From a bacterium (GTDB lineage: Bacteria > SZUA-182 > DTGQ01), in assembly GCA_040752695.1 (NCBI GenBank), contig JBFMGO010000124.1, forward strand, positions 1-16,736: 16,736 bases of DNA, given 5' to 3'. The notes beneath the pieces are model-generated. The model was not told where the DNA came from. It saw only the letters and a program-made list of their open reading frames with translations, and searched no databases. Shown here one piece after another: positions 15,057 to 16,736 of the stretch (the first letter of the stretch is position 1; each line of letters begins with the position of its first letter). The position numbers were made by a program, and so were the translations under genes.

Positions 15057-16609
15057 CGAAGTCGATCCCGGACAAATTCCACACCAGCGGTTTTGACGAA
15101 CCAGCCGGCCCGGGGGCCATTCTCTTTGTCTATAAGAGCTGTATAAAAGGCCTGAAACACCTCCTTGATGGAAAGCTCTTTCTCTTCCTTGGCTGCCTCG
15201 TAGAAGGATCTGTGAATCTCTTCGGCAGATATGTCGATTTCCTGCGTGCCTTTCAAGAGATCGGACAAAAGGCGAGAGAGTTTCCCCAATGCGTTGCGCT
15301 GGGCTTGAGAGAGAGATTGAACCGATTGGGGGAGGGTTTCGGCTACGTTGAAGCGGTAGTCTTTAGGTGCGAAGTGCTCCAGCCAATTGAGTGCGTACTG
15401 GCAACGCTCCTCAAGTTCCCCGGCTGACGAATCGGGGATATGATATCCGCCCCGCTGTAAAATGGCCTTGACTTTCGAGGGGTCACCGCCGGCAATCTGG
15501 ACAATGTTGATCAGGTGATTGAAGGGGACCCCTATCGGGACAAAGTCACTGGCCCGTGAAAGCTCCAGTGCCCGTGGATCACGGTACTTGGCGCTTTCAT
15601 TGTCAACTTCATCGAAGACACTCAGCAACTGGTTTACCGGATCGAAATTGATCCTTTGCTTTGGCATGGCTTTAATAATAAGGTATCGCAGGACATCTGC
15701 GGGAACCACTTTAAGCACATCCTCGATAGCCACGACATTCCCCTTGCTGGAGGACATATCGCCCATACCTTCCAGCCGGATCCACTCATAAACAATGGGA
15801 AAGGGAGGGGTTCTGCCGAATACTTTCTGGCTGATCTCCTGCCCCGTATCATAAGAGCCGCCCTTGCTGCCGTGGTCCTTGCCCATTGGTTCGATATCCA
15901 CCTTGAGAAAACACCACCGGCTGGGCCAATCGACCCGCCAGGTCAATTTCCCATGTCCCTGAACGGGCATGTTTCCCTGATTGAGGCATTGCCGGCAGGT
16001 ATAGCGCACCAGCCCTTTCCCGCTGTCCCAGCCGGTAACCGCGGTCTGGGCCATGGAGCCGCACTTTTCACAGATGGGAACAAACGGCGACCAGGATGCA
16101 TCGGTCTCTTTGCCGGTCAGCCGAAAGAGGATATCACTGATTGTGTCCCTGGCCTCAAGTGCCTTGATAATGACTTCATTATAGGCTCCGCTCTTATAGA
16201 GCTCACTGGCGCGCAAAACCGTTACGCTGATTTTTAACTGATCTAAAGAGGCCAGGAAAGGCGCCAGAAAGTGCTCGGCATAACTGGCGTGATGATCGCA
16301 GGGGCAGGGGATCTCGCTCAGCGGGTGACCGATGAAATGCTGATATTTCTGGGGGTTCAGAAAAGGGTAGACCTTACGCAGAGGATCATAGTCGTCAGCG
16401 ATGTAGAGCAACTCGGCCCTCTTTCCCCTCTCCTGTAAAATGCGGTAGATAACGTCTGCGGTTGCCACTTCACGCAGGTTTCCAATGTGGATGCTGCCCG
16501 ACGGAGTGATCCCGGTGACAATCCGGTAAACATGATCTTCCGGCATGGGCCGATTGAGGATCTGATCTGCAATCTGGTCCCCCCAATGTTGACTTTTTCT
16601 CTCCGCCAT
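15038..16609 (-). CDS. lysS: Lysine--tRNA ligase, class I (LysRS1)
   Basis: HIGH-like TGITPSGSIHIGN, ADDYDPLRKV, GKLTWRVDWPSRW, EPMGKDH, KMSKS-like DMSSSKG and C-terminal GPRAGWF. Confidence 0.96.
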   Translation of the reverse strand: MAERKSQHWGDQIADQILNRPMPEDHVYRIVTGITPSGSIHIGNLREVATADVIYRILQERGKRAELLYIADDYDPLRKVYPFLNPQKYQHFIGHPLSEIPCPCDHHASYAEHFLAPFLASLDQLKISVTVLRASELYKSGAYNEVIIKALEARDTISDILFRLTGKETDASWSPFVPICEKCGSMAQTAVTGWDSGKGLVRYTCRQCLNQGNMPVQGHGKLTWRVDWPSRWCFLKVDIEPMGKDHGSKGGSYDTGQEISQKVFGRTPPFPIVYEWIRLEGMGDMSSSKGNVVAIEDVLKVVPADVLRYLIIKAMPKQRINFDPVNQLLSVFDEVDNESAKYRDPRALELSRASDFVPIGVPFNHLINIVQIAGGDPSKVKAILQRGGYHIPDSSAGELEERCQYALNWLEHFAPKDYRFNVAETLPQSVQSLSQAQRNALGKLSRLLSDLLKGTQEIDISAEEIHRSFYEAAKEEKELSIKEVFQAFYTALIDKENGPRAGWFVKTAGVEFVRDRLREASLP

Positions 16610-16736
16610 GAAAATACTCCTCTATCTGTTGACCTGAACTTCAGTGTGCCTGCTCAAGATTATTTCGAAGAATACCCATTGTATCATTTCTCCTCAGTAT
16701 TTTCCATTGTTTTCATATATTGATTTTACTCAAAGA

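Noticed and set aside
15656..16237. 193-aa plus-strand ORF and other short ORFs overlapping lysS, the aminotransferase and the left-hand cluster
   Set aside because: They are antisense or alternate-frame ORFs within well-supported genes and show no recognisable motifs.

Overview
Bacterial window, probably from a diderm anaerobe (it carries a TonB-dependent receptor, an FmdE-family gene and a class I LysRS). 1-7149 (+) is a Co/Ni/tetrapyrrole-uptake-type cluster. It contains a TonB-dependent receptor (3' part), a CobM/CbiF-like tetrapyrrole methyltransferase with an unusual signal peptide, a DUF4198 protein, an APC permease and a NikL/CbiL-like protein. After these come an internally deleted ABC-ATPase relic missed by the ORF track, a 13-bp tandem array, an FmdE/Zn-finger protein and a class I SAM methyltransferase. 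7308-9062 (-) encodes a protein made almost entirely of about 20 HEAT-like repeats of 26-27 aa. 10010-11733 (+) has a sigma54-type promoter, a ~455-nt structured leader and a secreted, Cys-rich cohesin + dockerin + Ig-like protein. 11776-16609 (-) holds a Pro/Trp-rich secreted protein, a candidate small basic protein, a small hypothetical protein, a PLP aminotransferase and class I lysyl-tRNA synthetase. All family calls come from recognising motifs by eye; no database searches were run.
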